Shown: positions 44,643 to 53,462 of the stretch, piece by piece
Layout of the letters: every line of letters begins with the position of its first letter
How positions within the stretch are numbered: the first letter of the stretch is position 1
DNA from: Myxococcota bacterium
Lineage (GTDB): Bacteria; Myxococcota_A; UBA796; CAJQPC01
Direction: 5' to 3'
Assembly: GCA_023150845.1 (NCBI GenBank)
Contig: JAKLKD010000003.1
Span: 6,847 to 70,846, forward strand
Length of the DNA stretch: 64,000 bases
The notes under the pieces: generated by a model
Database searches by the model: none
Told to the model about the DNA's origin: nothing
What the model saw: only the letters and a program-made list of their open reading frames with translations
Translations under genes and position numbers: made by a program

Positions 44643-46250
44643 ATGAAGGTCACCCTGGTCAGCCCCTACCCGGACATCACGAACTACGGCCTGCGTACGC
44701 TCAGCGCCGTGCTCAAGCGCGCCGGGCACAAGGTGCAGTTCATCAGCCTGCCCGACTTCGCGGGCGACGGTGAGTTCACCCACGTCCGGATGAGTGAGGA
44801 GCGGTACCCCGCCGAGGTGATCAACCAGTACCTCGAGCTGACCGCCGACTCCGACCTCGTCGGTGTCACGCTCATGACGCACTACTTCGACACCGCGAAG
44901 CAGCTCACCCGCGCGGTGCAGCAGGCCCACGGCACGAAGGTGATCTGGGGCGGCTTCCACCCCTCGGTGCGCCCGGATGAGTGCGCGCGCTGGGCCGACT
45001 ACGTCGCCATCGGCGACGCCGACGACCTCCTCCTGCAGCTCTGCGACCGCCTCGACGCGGGCAAAGGCGACGACCTCTACGACATCAAGGGCCTCGTCTG
45101 GCGGAAGGGTGACAAGGTCATCCGCAACCAGCCCGGCAGCCTTGAGCAGGATCTCGACTCCTACCCGCACCCCGACTTCGGCCTGGACGACCACCACATC
45201 CTCTTTGAGGGCAAGGTCCTCCCGCTCACGAAGGATCTCCTGCGGCGCTACCTGCACAACGGCACGATCTCCCGCATGTTCGGCAAGGTCGGCTACCAGA
45301 CGATGACCGGCCGTGGCTGCCCCCACGCCTGCACCTACTGCGGCAACAGCTTCTACCGCGACCTCTACAAGCGCCAGCGCTATGTGCGTTATCGCAGCGT
45401 CGAGAACGTCATGGAGGAGCTGGAGAACGTCAAGCGTGAGTACCCGTTCATCAACTTCATCTGGTTCTCCGACGACTCCTTCTTCGGCCGCCCCCTGCCC
45501 GACATGCTCAAGTTCGCCGAGCAGTACAAGCGCCGCGTCGGCGACCCGTTCTACCTCCTCGGCTCCCCCGGCACGATCTCCGAGGAGAAGTACGAGGCCC
45601 TGGTGGACGCCGGTCTGCACTGCATCCAGATGGGCGTCGAGCACGGCTCGAAGCGTATCCAGAAGATGATGAAGCGCTCGACGATGGGCAACGACAAGAT
45701 CATCAAGTCCGCCGAGGTCATCGTCAAGTACGCCGACCGCACGGCGCCGCCCCAGTACGACATCATCTACGACCTGCCCTACGAGACCATCGAGGACAAG
45801 CTCGACACCCTGCGGCTCATCGCCGACATGCCCAAGCCGTACCGGCTCCAGGCCTTCTCGGTCATCTTCTACCCGGGCACCTCGTTGCACACCCTCGCCA
45901 TGCGCGACGGGCTGGTGAACGACGAGAAGTCCGAGATCTACGACAAGATGTACTTCGAGAAGAACGACACCTACACCAACGTGCTGCTCTACCTCTCGAA
46001 GTCGGGCCGGATGCCCTCGACCTTACTCAAGGCCGCCATCCACCCCGACGTCGTGAAGGTCATGACGTCCGACTACATGCGGCCCGTGGGTGAGCTGGCG
46101 AAGGCGGGCGTAGGCCGGGTGCGGGCGCTGATGCGGAACCCCGCCCTGGAGCGCGCGAAGGCGCTCGGCACCTTCGAGGCGCGGCTCACCGGCATGACCG
46201 GGGCCGACGCGGGCGCCGTGGCGCCTTGGCTCAACGCCGCCGCGAAGTAA
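44643..46250 (+). CDS. B12-binding-domain radical SAM protein (class B type)
   Basis: N-terminal B12-binding-like Rossmann segment (KVTLVSPY..), then GRGCPHACTYCGNSF (CxxxCxxC). Confidence 0.85.
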   Translation: MKVTLVSPYPDITNYGLRTLSAVLKRAGHKVQFISLPDFAGDGEFTHVRMSEERYPAEVINQYLELTADSDLVGVTLMTHYFDTAKQLTRAVQQAHGTKVIWGGFHPSVRPDECARWADYVAIGDADDLLLQLCDRLDAGKGDDLYDIKGLVWRKGDKVIRNQPGSLEQDLDSYPHPDFGLDDHHILFEGKVLPLTKDLLRRYLHNGTISRMFGKVGYQTMTGRGCPHACTYCGNSFYRDLYKRQRYVRYRSVENVMEELENVKREYPFINFIWFSDDSFFGRPLPDMLKFAEQYKRRVGDPFYLLGSPGTISEEKYEALVDAGLHCIQMGVEHGSKRIQKMMKRSTMGNDKIIKSAEVIVKYADRTAPPQYDIIYDLPYETIEDKLDTLRLIADMPKPYRLQAFSVIFYPGTSLHTLAMRDGLVNDEKSEIYDKMYFEKNDTYTNVLLYLSKSGRMPSTLLKAAIHPDVVKVMTSDYMRPVGELAKAGVGRVRALMRNPALERAKALGTFEARLTGMTGADAGAVAPWLNAAAK

Positions 46251-46261
46251 GCGGCGGGGCC

Positions 46262-46864
46262 ATGTTCAGCTTTGGGCGCGGCGGGCGCCGCTGGCGCGCG
46301 GACACCGGGCTCGGCCGGGTGATCGTCGAGGACGCGCGACCAGACGACGCCGCGGCCTTGCTCGGCGTTCACTCCGAGGTGCTGGAGGAGGGCCTCTACT
46401 TCATCACCGAGCCCGACGAGCTCACGGAGTCCGTCGCGTCGAAGGCCGCGCTCATCCGCGACCTGAACCGCCGTCCCAACGCCCGCTTCTTCGTGGCGCG
46501 GCTGGAGGGTGAGGCCGTCGGCATGTTGTTGGTGCAGGGCGGCAACCTGCGGCGCCTGCACCACAACGCCCGCATCGAGATCTACGTCGCGGCCCGGGCC
46601 CGGGGCGCCGGGGTGGGCTCGGCGCTCATGTCGTCCTGCGTGGAGTGGGCGACGGAGAACCCGATCATCACGAAGCTCAGCCTGAACGTGTTCGCCCACA
46701 ACGTCCGGGCGATCAAGCTCTACGAGCGCTTCGGCTTCACCCGGGAGGGTTACCGCGCCCGGGAGTACCGCCTCGCGGACGGGCGGTACCTCGACGACGT
46801 GCTCATGTCCAGAGCCGTCGAGGGCGACGGCGCGGCGGGCGAGGGCGGGGCGTTCAGCGCTTGA
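46262..46864 (+). CDS. GNAT-family N-acetyltransferase
   Basis: ARARGAGVGSALM (acetyl-CoA motif A) and KLYERFGF. The start is set at the ATG at 46262, after the upstream stop. Confidence 0.8.
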   Translation: MFSFGRGGRRWRADTGLGRVIVEDARPDDAAALLGVHSEVLEEGLYFITEPDELTESVASKAALIRDLNRRPNARFFVARLEGEAVGMLLVQGGNLRRLHHNARIEIYVAARARGAGVGSALMSSCVEWATENPIITKLSLNVFAHNVRAIKLYERFGFTREGYRAREYRLADGRYLDDVLMSRAVEGDGAAGEGGAFSA

Positions 46865-47582
46865 GCTGGCGCAGCAGGCGCTCCCGCAGGGCGGGGGAGG
46901 ACCAGCTCGGCACGACCTCGGACTCAAAGACCTCAAGCGCCGAGGCGGGCAGGTCCAAGGTGGCGGCGCGCAGGGCCTCCTTCGTCCGGGCGTAGGGCTC
47001 GCGGGGGTAAGCGGCCAAGGCGGCGAGCTTCGCCCGGGCGGCGGTGAGCGGGTCGTCGCTCAGCTCGTCGAGCAGGCCCAGGCGCAGGGCCTCGGCGGGG
47101 CTGTGCAGCTCGGCGGCCAAGAGCAGGCGATCGACGTGCTGGGCGGGCAGACGGGCGCGCAGCATGGCCAGGGCCGCCGGGGGGAAACGCACGCCGATGG
47201 CCAGCTCGTTGAGGCCGATGCGGGCGCGCTCGTCGGTGGTGCCGATCCGCAGGTCGAAGGTGCAGGCGATGACGCTGCCCCCGGCGATGGCGTGGCCGTT
47301 CACGGCGACGACGGTCGGCGCGGGCCAGAGGAAGAGCCGACGCACGACCTGGTCGAGCAGGCTCAAGAAGTGCGAGATGCCCTCGGGGGGCAAGGTCGCG
47401 ATCTCCTTGAGGTTCACGCCCGCGGAGAGCGCGTCGCCCGCGCCGGTGAGCAGGAGCGGCTGCCCCTCGGCGGCGTCCAGCTGGGCGAGCAGGCGCTCCA
47501 GGACGGCGGTGCTCAGCGCGTTCTTGCCGGGGCCCTCAAGGATCAGCTCGACCATCGGTGTCTCCAGAGTGGATAGGTCCAC
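46854..47582 (-). CDS. enoyl-CoA hydratase/isomerase (crotonase) family protein
   Basis: NALS..LLLTGAGDALSAGVNLKE and VVAVNGHAIAGG oxyanion-hole pattern. Confidence 0.8.
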   Translation of the reverse strand: MDLSTLETPMVELILEGPGKNALSTAVLERLLAQLDAAEGQPLLLTGAGDALSAGVNLKEIATLPPEGISHFLSLLDQVVRRLFLWPAPTVVAVNGHAIAGGSVIACTFDLRIGTTDERARIGLNELAIGVRFPPAALAMLRARLPAQHVDRLLLAAELHSPAEALRLGLLDELSDDPLTAARAKLAALAAYPREPYARTKEALRAATLDLPASALEVFESEVVPSWSSPALRERLLRQLKR

Positions 47583-47621
47583 CGGAGATCGCCTGTTTTG
47601 GGCCCGGCGGCAAGGGGCGGG

Positions 47622-48254
47622 CTACTCGGTCTCGTCGGAGTAGTCGGGCATACAGAGGTCTACCTCGCCGGTCACGACGCGGAACCGGAAGCCCGAGTCC
47701 AAGGCCGAGCGGCTGGCGTAGCGGATCTCCAGCGGGAACTGACCGGCGTTCATCTCAAGGGTGAGGGTCTCGGAGCTCATCTCCCCCGCGCTGGAGCGCG
47801 CCGCGATGACCTCGTTGTCGAGGACCACCCAGGCGTCTCCGGCGCTCGCCAGCAGGATCTCCAGGGTGCCCCGGTCGTACACCCGCAGCCAGGCGTTCCA
47901 GCGAACGGCGAAGTAGGCCGGGTCTCCGGCGAGGCCCTCATCGACGGGCCACCAGGACTGGCCTAGCTCCAGGCTGGGGTCGAAGCGGGCGAAGACCTCG
48001 TCGTCCCACCAGTCGAGGGTGGTGTAGTCGTCCGGGGCGGGATCTTCAGGGTCGGGCTCCACGTCGGGGTGCTGGGCGCTGAGGTTTGAGTACCGGCCCC
48101 AGAGGCCCGTGGAGCAGCTCGCCCAGTCCGGGGGCTGGCCCTGCTCGTCGAGGTCACGGCCCGGGGGCTCGGCGACGGGCACCGGGTCGGCCTCGCGGAC
48201 GTGGTACTCCGAGCAGCCGAAGGCGAAGGACAGCGCCAGGGCGGAGATCATCAT
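47622..48254 (-). CDS. lipoprotein with a PA14-like domain
   Basis: LSFAFGC lipobox; FAVRWNAWLRV...LLASAGDAWVVLDNEVI...AGQFPLEIRY resembles the PA14 pattern (tentative). Confidence 0.5.
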   Translation of the reverse strand: MMISALALSFAFGCSEYHVREADPVPVAEPPGRDLDEQGQPPDWASCSTGLWGRYSNLSAQHPDVEPDPEDPAPDDYTTLDWWDDEVFARFDPSLELGQSWWPVDEGLAGDPAYFAVRWNAWLRVYDRGTLEILLASAGDAWVVLDNEVIAARSSAGEMSSETLTLEMNAGQFPLEIRYASRSALDSGFRFRVVTGEVDLCMPDYSDETE

Positions 48255-48643
48255 GGGGAGCCCTCCTCACGCCAGGCCGCGGCGGCGGGCAGAAGGTCAC
48301 ACTGGAGCCACTCGTCGAGCAGGATGAGCTCATCGGCGCTGGGGCCGCCGCCGGGGGGCATCGTCGGCACCTCGGTGTCGAGCACCCGGGCCTGAATCCG
48401 TTCGGCCCACATCAAGGCGTCGCGGTACGAGTTGAGATCGACGCCGACGGGCGCGTCGTTTCGCTGCTCGGCGCGCAGGAGCGAGCTGTGGCAGCCCGTA
48501 CACTGCTTCTCCAAGAAGCCGCGCCCGAAGTTGTCGTAGGTGAGCGGCGGGTCACGGTCGCAGACGCCGGAGTCCGCCGCGTCGCCGCCGTCACAGGCGA
48601 CGAGGGCGCCCAAGGCGGCGACGGCGAGGAGCAGACGACGCAT
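48251..48643 (-). CDS. small lipoprotein with a single c-type heme motif
   Basis: LGALVAC lipobox and CTGCH; resembles the cytochrome modules fused to DUF1549/DUF1553-type proteins in Planctomycetes. Confidence 0.6.
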   Translation of the reverse strand: MRRLLLAVAALGALVACDGGDAADSGVCDRDPPLTYDNFGRGFLEKQCTGCHSSLLRAEQRNDAPVGVDLNSYRDALMWAERIQARVLDTEVPTMPPGGGPSADELILLDEWLQCDLLPAAAAWREEGSP

Positions 48644-48648
48644 CCGGC

Positions 48649-49944
48649 TCAGCTCTGGCGGAGCAGCCCGTCCAGGGGGCGAACCCCCGGGAGGTGCCGC
48701 TCGGGGTCGAGGCCGCCCAGCTTCAAGAGCGCCGTGCCGACGTTCTCGGTGCCGACGACCTCGCCGTTGTCGTCCTGGGCGCCGCTCTCGTAGTTCACGG
48801 GCAAGGCGATGAAGGCCTCGTCCGTCGCGCCGAACACGCGGTTGCCCTTCACCCCGGCGCCGCCGACGAGCATCGAGGTGTAGGGCCAGTGGTCGCGGCC
48901 CATGGCGCCGTTGAACTTGGGCGTGCGGCCCAGCTCGGAGGCGAGCACGATGACCACCTCGTCGCTGAGCCAGGGGGCGTCCCGGCCCGGCGTCGTGGCG
49001 AGCACCTCAAAGAGCTGGGAGAGCGCCCCGAAGAGGTCGTTCATCTGCATGCCGACGTTCTGGTTGCCGCCGTGGGTGTCCCAGCCGCCGGGGATGCCGA
49101 TCATCGCGCAGCGGGAGAGCCCGAGGCGGAACAGCTCACAGGCCATGACGGCCTGGTCGAGCATGCCCGAGCCGGTGTCGCCGAGGCCCGCCTCAAAGCG
49201 GCGGCCCTCTAGCTCCATCGCCCGCTCCAGGTTGCCCAGGAGGTCTTCAGCGCGGGTCTTGCCCAGGCCCTCGCGGGTAGAGGCGAAGGCCGCGGCCTGC
49301 TCGTAGACGAAGGCGTCCATCATGCTGTCCGCCGGGGTGGGGAACACCCGCCCGGGCAGGTCAGACATGCCGACGATGCTGCCGTCGATGAGGTTCAACA
49401 GCGTGCCGCCGCCGCCGCGCACGAGCGCCGCGCCCTGGTTGCCGGGGTAGGCCGGGCCGCCGAAGACGATGTGGGGCATGGGGTAGTCCCCGCTGCCGAA
49501 GGCCGCCAGCGTCGTGGGCCAGTCGGGGTACTGGCTCGCCGAGGTGCCCGTCATCATCCACTGCATGCCGGTCTCGTGACCGGCGGAGTGTACGTTGACG
49601 CCGCGGATGAGGGAGACCTTGTCACCCCAGCGGGTGAAGAAGCGGTCCATCTCTGGCCGATCGGCGCCGCTGGACCAGCTCAGGTTGCCCACGGAGCCGA
49701 GCACGGTGTCCGGGTCCATGTCGGTGCCGCTCACCGGGCTCACGCCGTCGGCGGCGAACTTGGGGTCGAGCGGGGTGGCGTCCCAGCCGCCGCCCGCGAA
49801 GAAGAACAAGAACTTACGCTCGCCCTTCACCGTGGCCGCATGGGCCTTGTGGTTGGAGCTGTTGAGGCCAAACTGGGCGGCGCCAAACAGCGCGGCGGCC
49901 CCAGAGAGCAGGCGACGACGGTTGGTCTTCATCATGGCGCTCAC
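48649..49944 (-). CDS. DUF1501-family protein (Tat signal, sulfatase-like fold)
   Basis: NRRRLLSGAAALFGAA twin-arginine signal; GGWDTHGGNQN and GRDHWP motifs typical of DUF1501. Confidence 0.8.
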   Translation of the reverse strand: MSAMMKTNRRRLLSGAAALFGAAQFGLNSSNHKAHAATVKGERKFLFFFAGGGWDATPLDPKFAADGVSPVSGTDMDPDTVLGSVGNLSWSSGADRPEMDRFFTRWGDKVSLIRGVNVHSAGHETGMQWMMTGTSASQYPDWPTTLAAFGSGDYPMPHIVFGGPAYPGNQGAALVRGGGGTLLNLIDGSIVGMSDLPGRVFPTPADSMMDAFVYEQAAAFASTREGLGKTRAEDLLGNLERAMELEGRRFEAGLGDTGSGMLDQAVMACELFRLGLSRCAMIGIPGGWDTHGGNQNVGMQMNDLFGALSQLFEVLATTPGRDAPWLSDEVVIVLASELGRTPKFNGAMGRDHWPYTSMLVGGAGVKGNRVFGATDEAFIALPVNYESGAQDDNGEVVGTENVGTALLKLGGLDPERHLPGVRPLDGLLRQS

Positions 49945-49950
49945 CTCGGC

Positions 49951-51597
49951 CTAGTAAAAGAGGATGCGGGGATCGCGGAGCGCGACGGACACGATGCCAG
50001 CCCAGGCGCGCTCGGCGGAGCCTTCAGCGCTGTAGAGCTGCTTCCAGAGGGCCATGAGCCGCTCGGGCTCCGTGGCGTCCTCCGTGAGGGGCACGCCGCG
50101 GACCCGCAAGAACAGGTCGCGGATCTGGGCCTCAAAGGCCGCCGGGTTGGACTCCGGGGTGTCCAGCGCGGTGACGTACTGCAGCATGAGCGCGTCGCCC
50201 TCGCGGTTGGGGTCGAGGTCGTGCTCGGCGACGTAGCGGCCCGCGGACTGGGCGAGGCGCTCCTGGATGAACACGAGGCCCACGGAGGGGTCGTGGTTGG
50301 GCGTGGTGACGTAGCGGCTGTCGATGCCGCCCGCGAGCACCGGGAGCCCCGTGGCCTGGTCGCTGAGGCCCTCGCGGCCGTCGAAGGTCCAGGCGTAGCC
50401 GGTGATGTCTTCGATGATGGATCCGAGCTGGGTGGGGGAGACCTGCTTCACCGTCGGCAGGCGCGTGGCGAGGTCGGCGTCGGAGGTGGCGGCGGCGCGG
50501 TACTCCTCGGAGAGCACGATGCTCTTCGCCAAGGCCCGCAGGGTGAGCCCGCCGTCCTCAAAGGCCGCGCGGTGCGCACTCAGCTCGGCCCAGTCGGCCT
50601 GGGAGGTGGCGCGCTGGGTGACGCCCTCAAAGACCGTCTTCACCGCGCAGTCCACGAGGCGGGTGTCCTCAGCGAGCAACATGCCGAGCTCGGCGAGGTT
50701 CGCCGTGGGTTTGCCGAAGTAGCCGGGCTCGCGGCCGTGGTGGTCCTTCCACATCTCCTCGTCTTCGGGGCGGTAGAGCGTCTGCTCCCGCAGGTCGCCC
50801 TCAATCTCCCACCAGAAGCCGAAGAAGTGTGAGGCGAGGGGATCGAGGGAGGAGTGGCAGGACTGGCAGGTGGGGGTGTCGCGGATGACGTCTTCGGGGT
50901 CGCCCGAGGTCAAGGCGTCGATCTGCGAGCGGGAGAAGCTCACCGGGCGGGCGAGGTAGTCGTCGCAGAGCAGCACCCGGGTGACGGTGTTCGCCCGGTG
51001 GCGGTTCGCGTTGACCCCGGCCGAGGGGTAACGCAGCCAGAGCGAGGTCATGCTGAGCACCCCGGCGTGCTCGCGGCCGTCGCGGTAACGGGCGCGCTGC
51101 CAGCCATCGGCGTCGGGGTCTTGCAGCTCAAGGTCCCACAAGGTCGCCAGGGTGGGGTCGGCGACGGTGTAGTCGGCGGTGACCAGCTCGGTGTAGGGCA
51201 GGTCGTGCTCGGTGATGTAGCGGATGAGCTTGAGGGGCTCGTCGCCGATGGAGCGCGCGGCGCGCTCGTCGCCGAGGTAGGCGAGGCCGACCTCCTCCAG
51301 GTCGAAGTAGACGTCGCCGGTGCGGGTGCGGAAGCTGTGGTTGAACAGCTCCTCGACCCGGCCCAAGAAGCGGGGATCGTAGAGGTAACGGTCGGCGAAG
51401 AGCTCGTAGGTCTCGTCGAAGGCCGCGGGATCTTCAGAGGCGGCGGCGGCCTCGATGGCGAGGAGCTCCTCCTCGGAGGGGTGCACGCCGCGCAGGTCCA
51501 CGGAGAGCCGCATGAGCTGCTCACGGGCGCTGAGCGGGGTGATGGGGTTCACGGTCTGGTCGAGACCGCAGGCCCACAAGGACAAGAACATGAGCAT
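49951..51597 (-). CDS. DUF1592/DUF1588-like protein (partner of DUF1501-type proteins)
   Basis: HAGVLSMTSLWLRYPSAG..NRHRANTVTRVLLC and CQSCHSSLDPLA motifs. The family assignment is from memory. Confidence 0.6.
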   Translation of the reverse strand: MLMFLSLWACGLDQTVNPITPLSAREQLMRLSVDLRGVHPSEEELLAIEAAAASEDPAAFDETYELFADRYLYDPRFLGRVEELFNHSFRTRTGDVYFDLEEVGLAYLGDERAARSIGDEPLKLIRYITEHDLPYTELVTADYTVADPTLATLWDLELQDPDADGWQRARYRDGREHAGVLSMTSLWLRYPSAGVNANRHRANTVTRVLLCDDYLARPVSFSRSQIDALTSGDPEDVIRDTPTCQSCHSSLDPLASHFFGFWWEIEGDLREQTLYRPEDEEMWKDHHGREPGYFGKPTANLAELGMLLAEDTRLVDCAVKTVFEGVTQRATSQADWAELSAHRAAFEDGGLTLRALAKSIVLSEEYRAAATSDADLATRLPTVKQVSPTQLGSIIEDITGYAWTFDGREGLSDQATGLPVLAGGIDSRYVTTPNHDPSVGLVFIQERLAQSAGRYVAEHDLDPNREGDALMLQYVTALDTPESNPAAFEAQIRDLFLRVRGVPLTEDATEPERLMALWKQLYSAEGSAERAWAGIVSVALRDPRILFY

Positions 51598-52629
51598 TTA
51601 GCCCTCCAGTCCTAGGCCACGAAGGCCCAAGGCGTAGTCCGCCGCGGCAGGCGGGGTCAGCGCGCCGCTCCACACCCAGCTCAGGTCGAGGCACACCGGC
51701 GCCTCTTGTTTGACGCCCCGGATGTACAGCGTGCCGCAGCCGTCGCAGCCCGCGTAGGGGTCGTTGTCGTACTCGCCGTCGCTCTCCAGCGGGTCAAAGA
51801 CGAGGTCGTACCAGAAGGCGTCGGGGTCGCGCAGGCTGATGAAGCCGATGGGCTCGGCGGTGCAGGACTCCGGGGAGGCGCCCGTGGGGCCCTGCAGCGT
51901 GAGGTCCATGTTCACCGAGTCGAAGCGCCCCGCGATGAGGTGATCGAAGAAGTAGACGTTGCCGTTGGCGGCCAAGGTGTCCTGGTCGCCGCTCGTCCAG
52001 CTCAGGTTGAGGTCGGTGCGCCAGCCGCCCGCGGGGCCGTCGGGGAAGGGCAGGGTGCCCGTGACCGTGGCGTCCATGACGCTGGAGTAGACGACGCGGC
52101 GGTAGTCGCCATCGACGACCTGGAGCAAGGAGTCTTCGCCGTCGCCGTCGAGCTCAAAGAGCACGGTGTCGCCTTGGGAGACGACGGCGTCGCCCTCGAC
52201 GCGGCGGGTGGCCTGGGTGGTCTCGCCCGAGGCCTCGTCCTCAGTGACCGAGACGGCGCTCTCCCAGTAGAAGGTGCCGCCGAAGCCGTCGCCTTTGGAG
52301 GTGGTGCAGAGGTCGTACCAGGAGAGGCCGTCGCCCTCATCCGCCATCTCGGGATCGGCAAACCCCGCGTAGAAGCTGGGGCATCCGGGCTCGGCGAGGG
52401 ACAAGGTCTGGGCGTGGCCGAGCCAGGCGGAGCGCGCGTTCACCGAGAGCGCGAGGCCCATGGCCTCGGACATCGCCGCGGGGAAGTCGACGTCGCTCAC
52501 GTCAGGGGGGTCGAGGGGTTTAGGCGTCGGGCCCGGGTCGATGCCCTCCTCGTCTTCAGCGCAGGACGGCGCGAAGCTGAGCAGGCCCAAGAGGCCGATC
52601 CAGGCGGCGCGCGGCAGGCGGGGGCTCAT
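51598..52629 (-). CDS. hypothetical lipoprotein
   Basis: LSFAPSC lipobox; acidic; no family recognised; translationally coupled on both sides. Confidence 0.55.
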   Translation of the reverse strand: MSPRLPRAAWIGLLGLLSFAPSCAEDEEGIDPGPTPKPLDPPDVSDVDFPAAMSEAMGLALSVNARSAWLGHAQTLSLAEPGCPSFYAGFADPEMADEGDGLSWYDLCTTSKGDGFGGTFYWESAVSVTEDEASGETTQATRRVEGDAVVSQGDTVLFELDGDGEDSLLQVVDGDYRRVVYSSVMDATVTGTLPFPDGPAGGWRTDLNLSWTSGDQDTLAANGNVYFFDHLIAGRFDSVNMDLTLQGPTGASPESCTAEPIGFISLRDPDAFWYDLVFDPLESDGEYDNDPYAGCDGCGTLYIRGVKQEAPVCLDLSWVWSGALTPPAAADYALGLRGLGLEG

Positions 52630-53273
52630 TCGTCCTCCTCCTCTTCGATGCCCACGCCGATGGTGAGCAGCCAGCTAAACGTGATGATGTCGCCGCTGCG
52701 CTCGGCCACGAACCAGGGCAGCCAGACCCCCGTGCCGCCGTAGTCGTGCCAGATCACGCCGTCGGCGTCGTAGCCGTAGCGGCGGACCTCACCCTCCTCA
52801 GGCATGTCCGGGTCGCGGCAGGTGGAGGGGTCACCCTCGACCAAGAAGAACTCCACGTCAAAGGCGAAGAGGCAGTCGTCGCAGGCGACCTCGGCCACGT
52901 CACCGATGAGGGACCAGGTGAGGTCGCAGAGCAGCGCCTCCTCTTCGCTGAGCCCGGTGTCGAGCCCCGTCTCAAGCCCCGTGTCGGGGCGCACGCCGTC
53001 GAGGTACTCCCAGACGCGCTGCTCCCCGACGAGGCGCTCGTAAGGCCCGCCGAAGGGGCTCAGCTCCCAGCGCCCCCACTGCTCCAAGGTGAGCGTGTGC
53101 TCCGGCGTGATGTCGAGGCCGGAGTCGGGGCTCGTGTCGATCGGGAAGCTGGAGCTGCCGGTGTCCTCCCAGTCCTCGCTGTCTTGAACAGGGATCGGCA
53201 CCACGCCGTCATCATCGGCGCCCTTGCAGGCCACCGTGAGGAGAATCAGCGAGAGAAGAAGAATTTTCGACAC
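52626..53273 (-). CDS. hypothetical lipoprotein (GTG start)
   Basis: LLTVAC lipobox; acidic; first gene of the six-gene minus-strand run. Confidence 0.55.
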   Translation of the reverse strand: MSKILLLSLILLTVACKGADDDGVVPIPVQDSEDWEDTGSSSFPIDTSPDSGLDITPEHTLTLEQWGRWELSPFGGPYERLVGEQRVWEYLDGVRPDTGLETGLDTGLSEEEALLCDLTWSLIGDVAEVACDDCLFAFDVEFFLVEGDPSTCRDPDMPEEGEVRRYGYDADGVIWHDYGGTGVWLPWFVAERSGDIITFSWLLTIGVGIEEEEDE

Positions 53274-53462
53274 GCGGACCCATCGGTCGTGGGGTGTGCC
53301 GCGGCATCTTGCGGGCGCTCACCGCTCGTCGTGAGCGGTGTTGAAGTTATGAGGGCAGTCTACCACAGCGGCGTCCTTCCGAGTATTTTAAGCTCGTCGG
53401 AAAAAATTCTTCGCGACCCGCTGAAGCGCCCTCCTGCTCAACGCCGTCGCGGCGGAGTCCCC

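Noticed and set aside
53320-53340. Hairpin caccgctc-gtcgt-gagcggtg in the divergent intergenic region at 53.3 kb.
   Set aside because: It lies between two divergent starts, so there is no upstream gene to terminate. It is short and has no supporting features.
52746-53462. The first 239 codons of the 938-aa tracked ORF 52746..55562.
   Set aside because: This part overlaps the minus-strand lipoprotein gene and the intergenic region and has junk composition. A Met followed by a textbook lipobox signal peptide occurs at 53463.
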